The translations under genes and the position numbers were made by a program. From IMG/VR virus record IMGVR_UViG_2825807022_000004: a stretch of DNA of 64,000 nucleotides; one strand, written 5' to 3'. Below, piece after piece: positions 55,103 to 64,000 of this stretch. Within the stretch, counting starts at the first letter, position 1. Each line of letters starts with the position of its first letter. The DNA is from a virus. The notes under the pieces are model-generated. The model was not told the origin of the DNA and did no database searches. It saw only the letters and a list, made by a program, of their open reading frames with translations.

Positions 55103-55750
55103 CTATCGCTTGGCGGTGGCCAGCGCATTCTGAATGGCCTTGGTCAACTCTCCCGGCATCAGTGCCGCTGCCATGATGCTAGCGCGATCCCTATATCCCA
55201 GCGTTGGTTTGACCGTCAGCGCATCCCCAAAGCGGATCAGCAGCTTAGGCGCACGTTGTTTCACTCTCGGCCTGTGGGTGCCATTGGCCGATCGCTTCTG
55301 GCGCTTCTTATTCTTTTTACCCTTGCTGACTTTCTTCCGCTGCCATACGCCATTAACGCCATCCACATCACCTACAAAGACATTATCTTTAGCCTTGAGC
55401 TGGCTCATCTTGTTGCGAGTGAGGTTGCCGTATTTATTCAGCTTAAGGTTCTTAGGGTTCAGCAACGCCTTGCCATTCAGTTTATGTACCCCGCCGAACT
55501 CGAATGGCTCCAGATAGCCAGCAGCGATATCACGCACAAATACTTTGGCCTGCAAGCGATCTTTACGGGCACCGAAGAAGCCAACAGAATTAACGGTGAA
55601 AGGGGTCGGATTATCCAAATTGCGCTGCATACCCACTTTCTGAGCATCGGCAATCTGGCGAGCAACACTGGTTAGGGCTTGGGCAGCGGCGAATGGGAGC
55701 TGCTTTTTAATCTGCTGGAGCTGATTAGACAAATCCTTTAACGTTGCCAT
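55103..55750 (-). CDS. Basic gpZ-like protein (intact)
   Basis: QLPFAAAQALTSVARQI resembles the lambda gpZ N-terminal helix; K/R-rich. Confidence 0.65.
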   Translation of the reverse strand: MATLKDLSNQLQQIKKQLPFAAAQALTSVARQIADAQKVGMQRNLDNPTPFTVNSVGFFGARKDRLQAKVFVRDIAAGYLEPFEFGGVHKLNGKALLNPKNLKLNKYGNLTRNKMSQLKAKDNVFVGDVDGVNGVWQRKKVSKGKKNKKRQKRSANGTHRPRVKQRAPKLLIRFGDALTVKPTLGYRDRASIMAAALMPGELTKAIQNALATAKR

Positions 55751-55841
55751 GACTCACCCTTAAATAGAAAAGCCACCAGCTTATGAGGCCAGTGGCTTAG
55801 AAATATAAGATCCGTCGTAAAAGGCTTAAATTTTTTTTGAC

Positions 55842-56060
55842 TTAAATTTCCATAGCTCTCTGAATTGCATCAGCTAATGAGCCAATATTCTCTGCCGTAT
55901 CAGTCAAATCCACACCAACTCGAGCACCATTTGCAGCATCTGATGAACCTGCACTGGCCTTCGCAATCTCAAGAGCTGCTTGCATAGCCAATAGGCGCTT
56001 ACGGTTAGTCGCAACGGATTTCCCTGTCTCCCCGTCTAAATCATAGTAACCATCTAACAT
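55842..56060 (-). CDS. Hypothetical 72-aa protein
   Basis: Identical to 14117..14335. Confidence 0.75.
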   Translation of the reverse strand: MLDGYYDLDGETGKSVATNRKRLLAMQAALEIAKASAGSSDAANGARVGVDLTDTAENIGSLADAIQRAMEI

Positions 56061-56239
56061 AATATTTCTCCTTGATTAATAAAGCTAATACGTTAGCAGG
56101 AATAATCATTAGAAGCAGTGTATACGATCAACATCTTCAATAATGCCAAAGGAAAACTATAGACTTTGCAGTTATGCTGTGAGATTCAGATACAAAAAAG
56201 CCGCCATTCTTATGGCGGCCTTAAGATGTCAATGCGAGC

Positions 56240-56797
56240 TTAGACGTAAACAACTTCCCTAACCTGCTGGTCAGGAAGCAACATAATTGCTTCTTCTAAA
56301 GCGGGACTTCTGAGTTGACCAAAAATCCCTGTCGCCGTTTTAACTACCTTTACAAGGAATAGCACAGATAGTGCGACAGGTAGAGTATAGATAAGAAACA
56401 TCAAATTATTGAAAATCATAGTCTTTTCAAGAATAAAACCAGACTCCATCATGATATCAATAACATTTTTATTCTTACAGTCCTTTAACTGTTGAACTTC
56501 TCTTTTTATCCGAGCTTGTATAGCTGGATTGCTTTGCATCCTTCGCTGAGCACGAACCTTGTTAGGCAGTGTCATCAGATGTAAACGGTTTATCGCATTG
56601 TTTAAACCATCATGAACCAACTGCGCTGGAGCTAAATCAGCACCAAGATCACCTTTAATGATCACTTTTCTAATTTTGTCGCGTAATGCGAACAATTGAT
56701 TTCTGTAACTTAATCTGATTGACGGAAGAATTATTTTTTCATAAATGAAATGTACTACGGCCAGAATACACAGCACATAAAACAGTGTTGTGAGCAT
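56240..56797 (-). CDS. Moron membrane protein, 185 aa
   Basis: Identical to 14515..15072. Confidence 0.8.
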   Translation of the reverse strand: MLTTLFYVLCILAVVHFIYEKIILPSIRLSYRNQLFALRDKIRKVIIKGDLGADLAPAQLVHDGLNNAINRLHLMTLPNKVRAQRRMQSNPAIQARIKREVQQLKDCKNKNVIDIMMESGFILEKTMIFNNLMFLIYTLPVALSVLFLVKVVKTATGIFGQLRSPALEEAIMLLPDQQVREVVYV

Positions 56798-56840
56798 AAA
56801 GCCTCCTTATCCTTCTTCTAAATCAAACATCATCTACTTG

Positions 56841-57218
56841 TTACTTATCGCTTGTTCCAAGTTCTTGCGATGTTTGATTTTGTTGGATCTCTGTTTTCTC
56901 TCTGCCGATACGCTGGGCTTCTTGGCTAAAGCATTTACGCATAACACCAGCATGCCATGACCAAGCACCGAGGATAATAGCAGCACATACCCATCCGATG
57001 AGTGCGTGCAAGATGAAACCATCTATAACATCATGAGCAATTTTTGACAACTCATCTTCAGGAAGCCGAAATGCTGCAATCATGAGTATAATACTAATAG
57101 TTATTGGTACTAATTGACCTGATGCCATAGCCTTTAACATCACGTCTCGCCAAGCATGTGCCCAGGTAACCCCTTGCTTGCCCTTGTTACCCTTCCCTGC
57201 CGGCGACTGCTTCCCCAT
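56841..57218 (-). CDS. Moron membrane protein, 125 aa
   Basis: Identical to 15116..15493. Confidence 0.75.
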   Translation of the reverse strand: MGKQSPAGKGNKGKQGVTWAHAWRDVMLKAMASGQLVPITISIILMIAAFRLPEDELSKIAHDVIDGFILHALIGWVCAAIILGAWSWHAGVMRKCFSQEAQRIGREKTEIQQNQTSQELGTSDK

Positions 57219-57377
57219 GTACCAATACCATCATATGCTGTGAATGGGCAAGCATGTTACTCTTAGTTACTCTTTTCGTCAAAAATATAAGTATCGTTTA
57301 ATAGTTATATATCTGAAGACACTTCTTACTAAACTCAGTTTGATAACTATAGTCTCTTTTTTAAACATTTATCCACT

Positions 57378-57683
57378 TTATAATCTCCTCTCAGCGTCCC
57401 GCCGCCACTTAATCACCTCATCCAGCCGCCCCTTACAGATCCGCAGCTCACGCTTAAGGGCTAGCGCATAAAGCCCGCTATCACCCCAAGTAGTACCGAC
57501 GAACTCCGGTACCTCACATTCAGTTAATGCCGATTCTGGCGGGAGCAGTATCTGGCACTCTGTAATGGGTACTGGTGGCCTATTCCCGCAGGAGACTAAC
57601 AACATCGTCAGGCAACTGGCTGTCAGCACATAAATCGCCTGCCGCCGCAGCCTGAAACCGCTTAAGCCGTGCGTCACTCTCAT
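57378..57683 (-). CDS. o-spanin
   Basis: Identical to copy A. Confidence 0.75.
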   Translation of the reverse strand: MRVTHGLSGFRLRRQAIYVLTASCLTMLLVSCGNRPPVPITECQILLPPESALTECEVPEFVGTTWGDSGLYALALKRELRICKGRLDEVIKWRRDAERRL

Positions 57684-57924
57684 TACGTAATTTCCTCTCG
57701 TTATCTAACTGGCGGGCGGTGGCGGCTCGGTTGGCGGCATCGTTGGCACTGTATCCATCGATGATGTTACCGAGTGCTGTGTTAGTGGCCAGCTCCGCTT
57801 TCAAGGTGACTTCCTGTTTTTCAACCTGATTTGAGAGGCGGTAACTGTTGAATGCCAGTGCTAATACCAATCCTGACAGTGCAACTACTCCAACAAAGCG
57901 CCAGTGACTGAATATCCAGGTCAT
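57580..57924 (-). CDS. i-spanin
   Basis: Identical to copy A. Confidence 0.8.
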   Translation of the reverse strand: MTWIFSHWRFVGVVALSGLVLALAFNSYRLSNQVEKQEVTLKAELATNTALGNIIDGYSANDAANRAATARQLDNERKLRNESDARLKRFQAAAAGDLCADSQLPDDVVSLLRE

Positions 57925-58544
57925 AGCAATGCTCGTCGGGCAGTTTCAAACCGCGCCTTGCGGTCATCAATACCGTTATAGCCACCGTTGATCAGCAACG
58001 TCACGCGCTGAATATCGTCAGCATATTGACCACAATTGCGGGACTGCCAGAACCAGGCAGCAGAACGCGCAGCATGCATATCAAGCTGCAGCTGATCGGG
58101 ATTACCGACCAAATCCAGCTTGAGTGCGGTACCGCACAGGCGATAATTATCTAACCCGGTAACCTGAATCAGCCCGCGACCGCGATATTTCCAACCATCT
58201 GCCGAGCCTTTATTCCCCATCCGGCCGGAATACACCAGATTGGCAATAGCCTGCTGACGATTAAGCGGTACTGACGTTTCACCACGCTGACGACCTAGCG
58301 CCGAAGCCTGACCAGCTGATAACCGCTTGCCGAACGTAGCAATCAAACCGTTAACGCTGTAGTTGAACGACTCCACCAGCAGCGTGAAACTGGCTGACTC
58401 ATGCCCCACCTGCGCAATAAACATGGCTTGCTGTTCTGGGGCGGTTATGCCGAATTCTGTCATTGCCTCGGTAACAGGCTGAATCCAACGCGCAGCAAAT
58501 TCGGCGCTGATATTAGCCGCCATTCTGAATTGATAAGGGGTCAT
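57921..58544 (-). CDS. GH19 endolysin
   Basis: Identical to copy A. Confidence 0.92.
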   Translation of the reverse strand: MTPYQFRMAANISAEFAARWIQPVTEAMTEFGITAPEQQAMFIAQVGHESASFTLLVESFNYSVNGLIATFGKRLSAGQASALGRQRGETSVPLNRQQAIANLVYSGRMGNKGSADGWKYRGRGLIQVTGLDNYRLCGTALKLDLVGNPDQLQLDMHAARSAAWFWQSRNCGQYADDIQRVTLLINGGYNGIDDRKARFETARRALL

Positions 58545-58547
58545 GGT

Positions 58548-58898
58548 TTATACCTGAGGTTTAGTATCGTTACCGCCGCCAATGCGGTTGCCAACAAAAC
58601 GGAGCGCCAAAGCGCGAATTTGCTCAACACCGATAAAGCCAATTAGCCCACCAACGGCCAGTGTGAGTTGCTGCGGTAAATCGAAGTATTCCAACGCACT
58701 GACAGCAGTAAGCGTTAATGCCCCGCAAGTCAGCCCCTCCAGAAAGGTTTTCTTCCATCCACCGCCGGTATAGGCCACGCGTAATGCCGCCATCACTACC
58801 GACAACAGGACACCACCGAGCGGAACATCACCTCGCCACCAGGCATTAAACAGTTCTATCCAGTCTGCCCATGTATGCAATTCGTTATGCATCTTCAT
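58548..58898 (-). CDS. Holin with dual start
   Basis: Identical to copy A. Confidence 0.88.
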   Translation of the reverse strand: MKMHNELHTWADWIELFNAWWRGDVPLGGVLLSVVMAALRVAYTGGGWKKTFLEGLTCGALTLTAVSALEYFDLPQQLTLAVGGLIGFIGVEQIRALALRFVGNRIGGGNDTKPQV

Positions 58899-59337
58899 AA
58901 CCACCTCCCCAATGGGGAATATTATTCCCGGCATTGTCGGGTGTTGTTTTGAGGAATTTAGCCCACCAGCGCAGCCACTCATGCGGAGTAATGTGTGTGG
59001 AGTTGATTGGGTGGCTGGTGGGCTAAAACGAAAAAGGTCACGCAATAGCGCAGCCTCATAATTATTTACCTGCTGTTTTATCCACCGCAGACGATGGTGG
59101 TATCTTGATTAGCGACGCCGGTTAGATGATGCCAGCAATACTGCGCCGTTTTTGATGGCTGCTGCCAGAGCTTCCGCAAGAATTTCATGCGGAATACCTG
59201 GCAAACGTGCAGACCAAAAGGCCCGAGTTCTCACCCAATCCATATCTCCGGCCAGTTGAGAAGTGATGGCTTGGCGAAGCTCTTTTATTAAAGCGGCTTT
59301 TTCCTCTTCTTTTTTGTATAAGGATGCGTCCATATTT

Positions 59338-59781
59338 ATGTCCAATATTGATAAGTTTAATGAGTTCGCAGGTCGGGTATTCGGAATACTCTATGAGGAG
59401 TTTCCCATTCCGACCAACATCAATGTAGGTGATATCCTTGGTGATCCGGATTTATACAACACCACAGGTATTCCGCCCGAAATGGCGGATGACGCTGATA
59501 TAGCCGGGTACACCGTTGTCTGGTTACGCCAATCTGGTTACCTTGATATGCTTAATCAAGATATAAGCCTAAATGAATTTTATAACGTGGTTCTAACAGC
59601 AAAGGGGTTGGAGGTACTCAAAGCAATACCTGATAGCTTAACCCCTCGCTCATCCCCGCTTGGAACACAAATCGCAGATGCGGTTAAATCAGGTGCAAAA
59701 GAAACGGTAAGTTCCTTGGTTAACCAAGCACTATCAACTGGCATAAAGTTAGCTGCAAGCTCAGTTGGCATTGATATCTAA
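59338..59781 (+). CDS. Hypothetical wHTH-like protein
   Basis: Identical to 17613..18056. Confidence 0.7.
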   Translation: MSNIDKFNEFAGRVFGILYEEFPIPTNINVGDILGDPDLYNTTGIPPEMADDADIAGYTVVWLRQSGYLDMLNQDISLNEFYNVVLTAKGLEVLKAIPDSLTPRSSPLGTQIADAVKSGAKETVSSLVNQALSTGIKLAASSVGIDI

Positions 59782-59939
59782 CGCACAAAAAAAACAAATA
59801 ATTAAGCCCCGACACCAGTCAGGACTTTTCGTTTTTGACGCCGGTTACGGTTCCGGCGTCAACACCTACCAATGTGCTGACCGCATACCTTAAAAATGCA
59901 AAAGGCCCACCGAAGTGAGCCTTAAGCTTGATTACTGAA

Positions 59940-60059
59940 TTATTTAGCAAATTTCTCAGCTTCTTCGCGAGTAGTGATGAAGCTTTCGCCAAGGCCAATC
60001 GCAATCAATATTCCTACGATATAGCCCGCCAGCTTACTGTTTAAAATCTTCTTGAACAT
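59940..60059 (-). CDS. 39-aa single-TM peptide
   Basis: Identical to 18215..18334. Confidence 0.65.
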   Translation of the reverse strand: MFKKILNSKLAGYIVGILIAIGLGESFITTREEAEKFAK

Positions 60060-60260
60060 AAAACCTCCAATTTAGAGGAGTAATCATTCTATGCCCTTTT
60101 AATCATTTGTAAAATGTCGTGTATTCACCACATTCGTCTGGATACTGTTTCACAACGATTGGGTTAGCCAATCCAGTACCCATGCGAATATAGAAATGCA
60201 AAAAGCCCACTCGACGGTGGGCTATGGTAAGTGCTGAATGCAAAAACAGCAGCATATGTG

Positions 60261-60292
60261 ATAATAGTGGCTCATTGGCTCAATAATGTCAA
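60261..60292 (-). promoter_or_regulatory. Late promoter pR'
   Basis: Identical to copy A. Confidence 0.75.
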
Positions 60293-60298
60293 CACGTT

Positions 60299-60787
60299 CT
60301 ATGCAACTTTCTTTATTTTACCGACACGTTTGCGGCTAATGAAAGCATGTTGCATTGGTTGATATAACATCCATACCGCCGCAGCCAATATTTCATCCAC
60401 TTCACGACGACACGTTGTCAGTGACGGTTTTTTCATCCGATCCCCACCTCGTGTTGACATCTTGCGGGGTTTTGCAGTCGCGAAGTAGTACGATGCAATT
60501 GATCGTTTGGAAGCACCATGAGAGTAATAACTAATCAGCATCCCCAAGGCTTTTGTATCAATGTGCATAACGGAATCTACGACCTGAGAAATCAACATTC
60601 CGTCATCGTCATTGCACATCGGCCTTGATGGGCTTCCCTGCGGTTCTACTGTCGCCATGTACTGCGCTATAACGCTGCTCATGCGCTTCTCTAATCTTCC
60701 TGAGTAAACCCATGCGCCCCACAGTTCAAGCCAGCCATTAATCCAGTCATGCTGCTCTTTGGTTAGTTTTAACTGAGTTACATTCAC
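60299..60787 (-). CDS. Q: Antiterminator Q (phage 21-type)
   Basis: Identical to copy A. Confidence 0.93.
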   Translation of the reverse strand: MNVTQLKLTKEQHDWINGWLELWGAWVYSGRLEKRMSSVIAQYMATVEPQGSPSRPMCNDDDGMLISQVVDSVMHIDTKALGMLISYYSHGASKRSIASYYFATAKPRKMSTRGGDRMKKPSLTTCRREVDEILAAAVWMLYQPMQHAFISRKRVGKIKKVA

Positions 60788-61392
60788 GCTGCCTCCTGAG
60801 TTTCTTTAAGCCGCTTCAATTCCAGCCGGTAGTAATCACGAATGCCCTTTAACTCTTCAATGCTGTAACTGCTGCGTTCGTGGTTGTTTTCGATAGCCTC
60901 CACTGTCTCAATTCCAATGCGCTTAATCAGCTCGACGCGGTACGGAACGATATTCCCGCTCTTGTGCTGATTGCATACTGAACATTGTTTATGGATTTGC
61001 CGGGGGTCGAATCTGAATTGAGGTGCTGCTGCGGTTGTTCTGTAGTGTCCAGCATCCCACTGTGCCGCTGAATGGGTACCACATGATACGCAGGGTAGGA
61101 TTGAATCACGTGCTCTTACAAAGGCGTTGACGGCTTGCTGTGCCTGCTTAATCCAATACGTTTTGGGCTGGGCATTAATTCTTCTGACTTTTAGCTGCTT
61201 CCGATCCTCCTTTTCTTTCTCCCGCCTTCGCTGCTCTGCTTTCTTCAGTGCATCTTGGTGGGCATTTTGCGCTAGCTGCTTTATGTATTCCTCTTTGTGT
61301 TCCTCGTTGCACCACCACTCATAAATCCTTTCCGGCTTGAATCTCGTTTTGCATACTTTGCAGTTACGATGGCTCGGTAGCTTGTTTATCAT
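60784..61392 (-). CDS. ninG: NinG/Rap endonuclease
   Basis: Identical to copy A. Confidence 0.9.
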   Translation of the reverse strand: MINKLPSHRNCKVCKTRFKPERIYEWWCNEEHKEEYIKQLAQNAHQDALKKAEQRRREKEKEDRKQLKVRRINAQPKTYWIKQAQQAVNAFVRARDSILPCVSCGTHSAAQWDAGHYRTTAAAPQFRFDPRQIHKQCSVCNQHKSGNIVPYRVELIKRIGIETVEAIENNHERSSYSIEELKGIRDYYRLELKRLKETQEAA

Positions 61393-61501
61393 CGGCTTCC
61401 TCCTTCGCTGCTTTATCAATGCATTTCTGATGAGCGTAGGTTTCACCCTTGTTAAGCATCAAGAAGCAATACACGCATACGGATTGCGGTAACTGAGTCA
61501 T
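61364..61501 (-). CDS. NinF-like small protein
   Basis: MTQLPQSVCVYC...; C-half identical to copy A. Confidence 0.55.
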   Translation of the reverse strand: MTQLPQSVCVYCFLMLNKGETYAHQKCIDKAAKEEADDKQATEPS

Positions 61502-61665
61502 CGCGTTCTCCTTACTCGGTCGAATTTGGCGCGCAGCAATACGCATATGTGGTCATATGTGGGTATTTCGCTGGCGGGGATTGGGGGTTTAGGTTTGGTT
61601 CGGGATGTCTTGCGGAAGATAAGATTGTCTAGGGCGAAAACTATGCTGCTTTGCCTTTGTCGCAT
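61498..61665 (-). CDS. ninE: NinE-like protein
   Basis: Near-identical to 20281..20448. Confidence 0.65.
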   Translation of the reverse strand: MRQRQSSIVFALDNLIFRKTSRTKPKPPIPASEIPTYDHICVLLRAKFDRVRRTR

Positions 61666-62111
61666 GGTGTATTTCCCCACCGGTTAGCCCACTCGATTTC
61701 CAGCTTGGATGCATCGCTGAATATCACGCCCTGCTCAGTGCCGAACCAGTAGATAGCCTCGATAACCTCCACCATCTCACTCACTCGCATCTTGCTAGTA
61801 CGCTGGCCGAACATCACCACCCCGCCGCCAATTCCAGGAGCCGTACGCTGATCCTGATTTTTGGCCTTAGCCACCATTGCAGTAATCAGGTCTTTCCAGT
61901 CAGCTTCATCGTACTTCTCACCGAACCAGAGAACCTGTTTTGATAGGTCGTGCAAAAGTGGCCACATTTTCCGATTCTGATCATTGCTGCGTTTTTTCTC
62001 CTGAATGAGAACCTCAAGCGGCTTTTTCTCATCAAGTGGCATGTTACGAATGGCGAATATAGCGTTGTCGCGAATCTGGGCATTGCGGAGTAGATAGGTT
62101 TGCTTATTCAT
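61641..62111 (-). CDS. ninB: NinB (intact)
   Basis: KKRSNDQNRKMWPLLHDLSKQVLW, GQRTSKMRVSEM..IEAIYWFG. Confidence 0.88.
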   Translation of the reverse strand: MNKQTYLLRNAQIRDNAIFAIRNMPLDEKKPLEVLIQEKKRSNDQNRKMWPLLHDLSKQVLWFGEKYDEADWKDLITAMVAKAKNQDQRTAPGIGGGVVMFGQRTSKMRVSEMVEVIEAIYWFGTEQGVIFSDASKLEIEWANRWGNTPCDKGKAA

Positions 62112-62578
62112 AGTGGCTTCTTCGGCGCGCCAGGTAATTGCATCCAGTGAGTGACGAATGACTTATCATAATATTTACCGTTGATTGCCCAATCATCACC
62201 ATCAAAATAACCAGTACGACGAATGCTATCTTTGCAATGAACGAAACACTGAATATTGGAGTTTTCCGGCATCCGGTCACTGCACTTAATCCAGCCATCA
62301 GGAATTACCGGAAAGTTCAACTGTGGGGTGGTGTAGAAGTCGTGATATCCATCAGCCAGCTTTTGACCGGCATCAACGACACCGACAGATTTAGGTACTG
62401 GCCAGCCATCTTTGAACTTGATATTGATAACAGGCTCAGCCCTCTTTGCAGCTAACGCGATGCGGGCCAGCGCTCTAACTTCATCGTTTTTTGCCGTTCT
62501 CATTGCTGAATACCCTTCCTCAGCGATAATCTTTTCCAGTCTCTCTACAGTGAAACTATCTAATTCGTTATTCATCAC
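62108..62578 (-). CDS. Eaa-like protein with C-terminal DUF551
   Basis: WIKCSDRMPE...VTHWMQLPGAP. Confidence 0.75.
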   Translation of the reverse strand: MMNNELDSFTVERLEKIIAEEGYSAMRTAKNDEVRALARIALAAKRAEPVINIKFKDGWPVPKSVGVVDAGQKLADGYHDFYTTPQLNFPVIPDGWIKCSDRMPENSNIQCFVHCKDSIRRTGYFDGDDWAINGKYYDKSFVTHWMQLPGAPKKPL

Positions 62579-62784
62579 GCAATTCCCCCAATCATTTTTG
62601 CAAGCTCAGATGCCTTTGACCCTGTGGCGATGAATTTCCCAACTTCTACCATGCTGTCGCAAATCATATCTACGCCATGAGCGGATAGGGCTGGTTTTAT
62701 TGCCTTGAATTTTTCGAAGTCACCAGGGTTAATTATGAAGGCATCCACTACGTCTTTTGGCATATACATCATTTCTTCTTTCAT
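62575..62784 (-). CDS. Hypothetical protein
   Basis: 69 aa, overlapping starts and stops. Confidence 0.5.
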   Translation of the reverse strand: MKEEMMYMPKDVVDAFIINPGDFEKFKAIKPALSAHGVDMICDSMVEVGKFIATGSKASELAKMIGGIA

Positions 62785-63089
62785 TCACTCTCTCCCTTGA
62801 TTCGAATACCGGCAGCGCGGATCGCATCGGTAACGGCATGACGATCATCCTCGAACAACTCAGGCAACTTAATATCCACCTCGAAACTAGAATGTCGAGC
62901 TTGCCAGCCGCGCCAAGCCCAGAATAAAGCCTCTCCGCACGAGCTACCATCACAAAGAAATTCACCTCCAATGTAATGACCTGTTTTGTCATCACCTTGG
63001 AAATGTGCTTTATCTAGTGTGCCTGCGCCCCAGTCATATTCACTAGTTAGCCAAGCTTCGAACGCTTCCCGCAATTTAGTTATGTCCAT
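62781..63089 (-). CDS. Hypothetical protein
   Basis: Termini shared with 21662..21937. Confidence 0.65.
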   Translation of the reverse strand: MDITKLREAFEAWLTSEYDWGAGTLDKAHFQGDDKTGHYIGGEFLCDGSSCGEALFWAWRGWQARHSSFEVDIKLPELFEDDRHAVTDAIRAAGIRIKGESE

Positions 63090-64000
63090 TAGAAACCACC
63101 TTGTTTTTTAGTTGCCCGGCGCTCAGATTCAGCCGCCTTTGCTTTAGCCTGATCCTGGTTGCAGTCATAGATTGCGCCATGACGTTGCTCGACGAATACC
63201 ACCCCGCCGCTGCCGTGCCGGTTAAGCCGGAGTAGTAATTCGGTGTCCTGCTGATTGGCGTTTTCGTCGTAAGCACCTTCGCGGTATATTCCCAGCCAGT
63301 AATCACAGTCTTGCTCAATCTGTCCTGTGTCGCGGGAGTCGCTTGGTTGAGGCCGCTTATTGACGCGCTTTTCTAAATCACGGTTTAGCTGAGTCAGCAG
63401 AACGACAACGCAATCCAGCTCTTTGGCGAGGTTCTTTAGCCCCTTGGTGATCATCCCGTAAGCCAGATCATTACGGTCTGCTTTTTCGGCGGTCATTAGT
63501 GTGAGGTAATCGACCAGCACCATGCCAACAACGCCACGTTCGCGCTTGATGCGGCGGCACTCAGAAACGATGTGAGACAGTGAAAGCCCCGGCGTATCGT
63601 CGATGTACAGATTGCCACTTCTCGCTAGCTCTAGACCTTTCGCAGACGCCAACGCAAAACGGTTATCGTCGTACCCATCAAGATAAAAATTACTGCTGGA
63701 TACTCCTGAGGCTTGGGAAATCATGCCTTCGCCAAGCTGCACATCAGGCATTTCAAGGCTAAACGCCAGCGCCGGGAGATTCTCATTCAGTGCGCAGTTG
63801 ATAGCCATGTTTGAATAGAGCGTTGTCTTACCCATTTTGGGGCGGGCACCAACCACGAACAGTGAACCTTTCACAATTCGCTTAGGTTCCAGCATGGCGT
63901 CCAGTGACGCGATCCCGCTGGTTAACCCAACAGCTCGCGGGTCACCGGAAAGTCGTTGTTCGACAACATCAACCCAATCTGAGAACACACTTTCGAATGT
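63089..64000 (-). CDS. DnaB-family replicative helicase (5' end outside window)
   Basis: Walker A GARPKMGKTT, VDYL, QLNR, RDTGQIEQD; frame open to the window edge. Confidence 0.92.
   Translation of the reverse strand, partial: TFESVFSDWVDVVEQRLSGDPRAVGLTSGIASLDAMLEPKRIVKGSLFVVGARPKMGKTTLYSNMAINCALNENLPALAFSLEMPDVQLGEGMISQASGVSSSNFYLDGYDDNRFALASAKGLELARSGNLYIDDTPGLSLSHIVSECRRIKRERGVVGMVLVDYLTLMTAEKADRNDLAYGMITKGLKNLAKELDCVVVLLTQLNRDLEKRVNKRPQPSDSRDTGQIEQDCDYWLGIYREGAYDENANQQDTELLLRLNRHGSGGVVFVEQRHGAIYDCNQDQAKAKAAESERRATKKQGGF

Larger units (their letters stand above)
44064..61461. repeat. Direct repeat, copy 2
   Basis: Matches 1113-19736 minus the IS3 and indels. Confidence 0.97.
34500..64000. 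mobile_element. Prophage B (right part outside window); all visible late genes intact
   Basis: Full tail, head, cos, lysis, Q and nin genes plus DnaB-type helicase. Confidence 0.95.

Noticed and set aside
1-64000. The whole repeat being one phage duplicated by mis-assembly
   Set aside because: The copies have different chaperone/TMP alleles, sheath substitutions, an IS with a clean target duplication and different early genes; a simple collapse or duplication would not create these
1-64000. Assigning a host genus
   Set aside because: No host genes are present; only an enterobacterial-type phage can be inferred

Overview
The window is entirely prophage DNA: two related enterobacterial temperate phages in head-to-tail tandem, both with lambda-type heads and Mu-type contractile tails. 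Prophage A (<1 to ~34.5 kb) runs from the tape measure gene through head, cos, lysis, Q, nin, lambda-type O/P replication, the cII-cro-cI immunity region, N, cIII, ERF/SSB, Dam, xis and int. Prophage B (~34.5 kb to >64 kb) runs from tail fibre and baseplate through the same late genes to nin and a DnaB-type helicase. The two share a near-identical ~18.6 kb block (1113-19736 vs 44064-61461) but differ in the chaperone and tape-measure alleles and in the early/replication genes. The junction (34421-34620) looks like an intact attP, so the DNA between the two repeats is itself a complete circularly permuted hybrid phage genome (A early genes + attP + B intact late genes). Copy A is damaged by an IS3 in a tail gene, 12 small indels across terL/terS/the gpZ-like gene (possibly sequencing artefacts) and a 10-bp deletion in ninB. 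The best candidates for new biology are the dilysogen architecture, several promoter-bearing morons of unknown function, and GGTAACA repeats embedded in the terS coding sequence. All calls are by eye from sequence and motifs; no searches were run.
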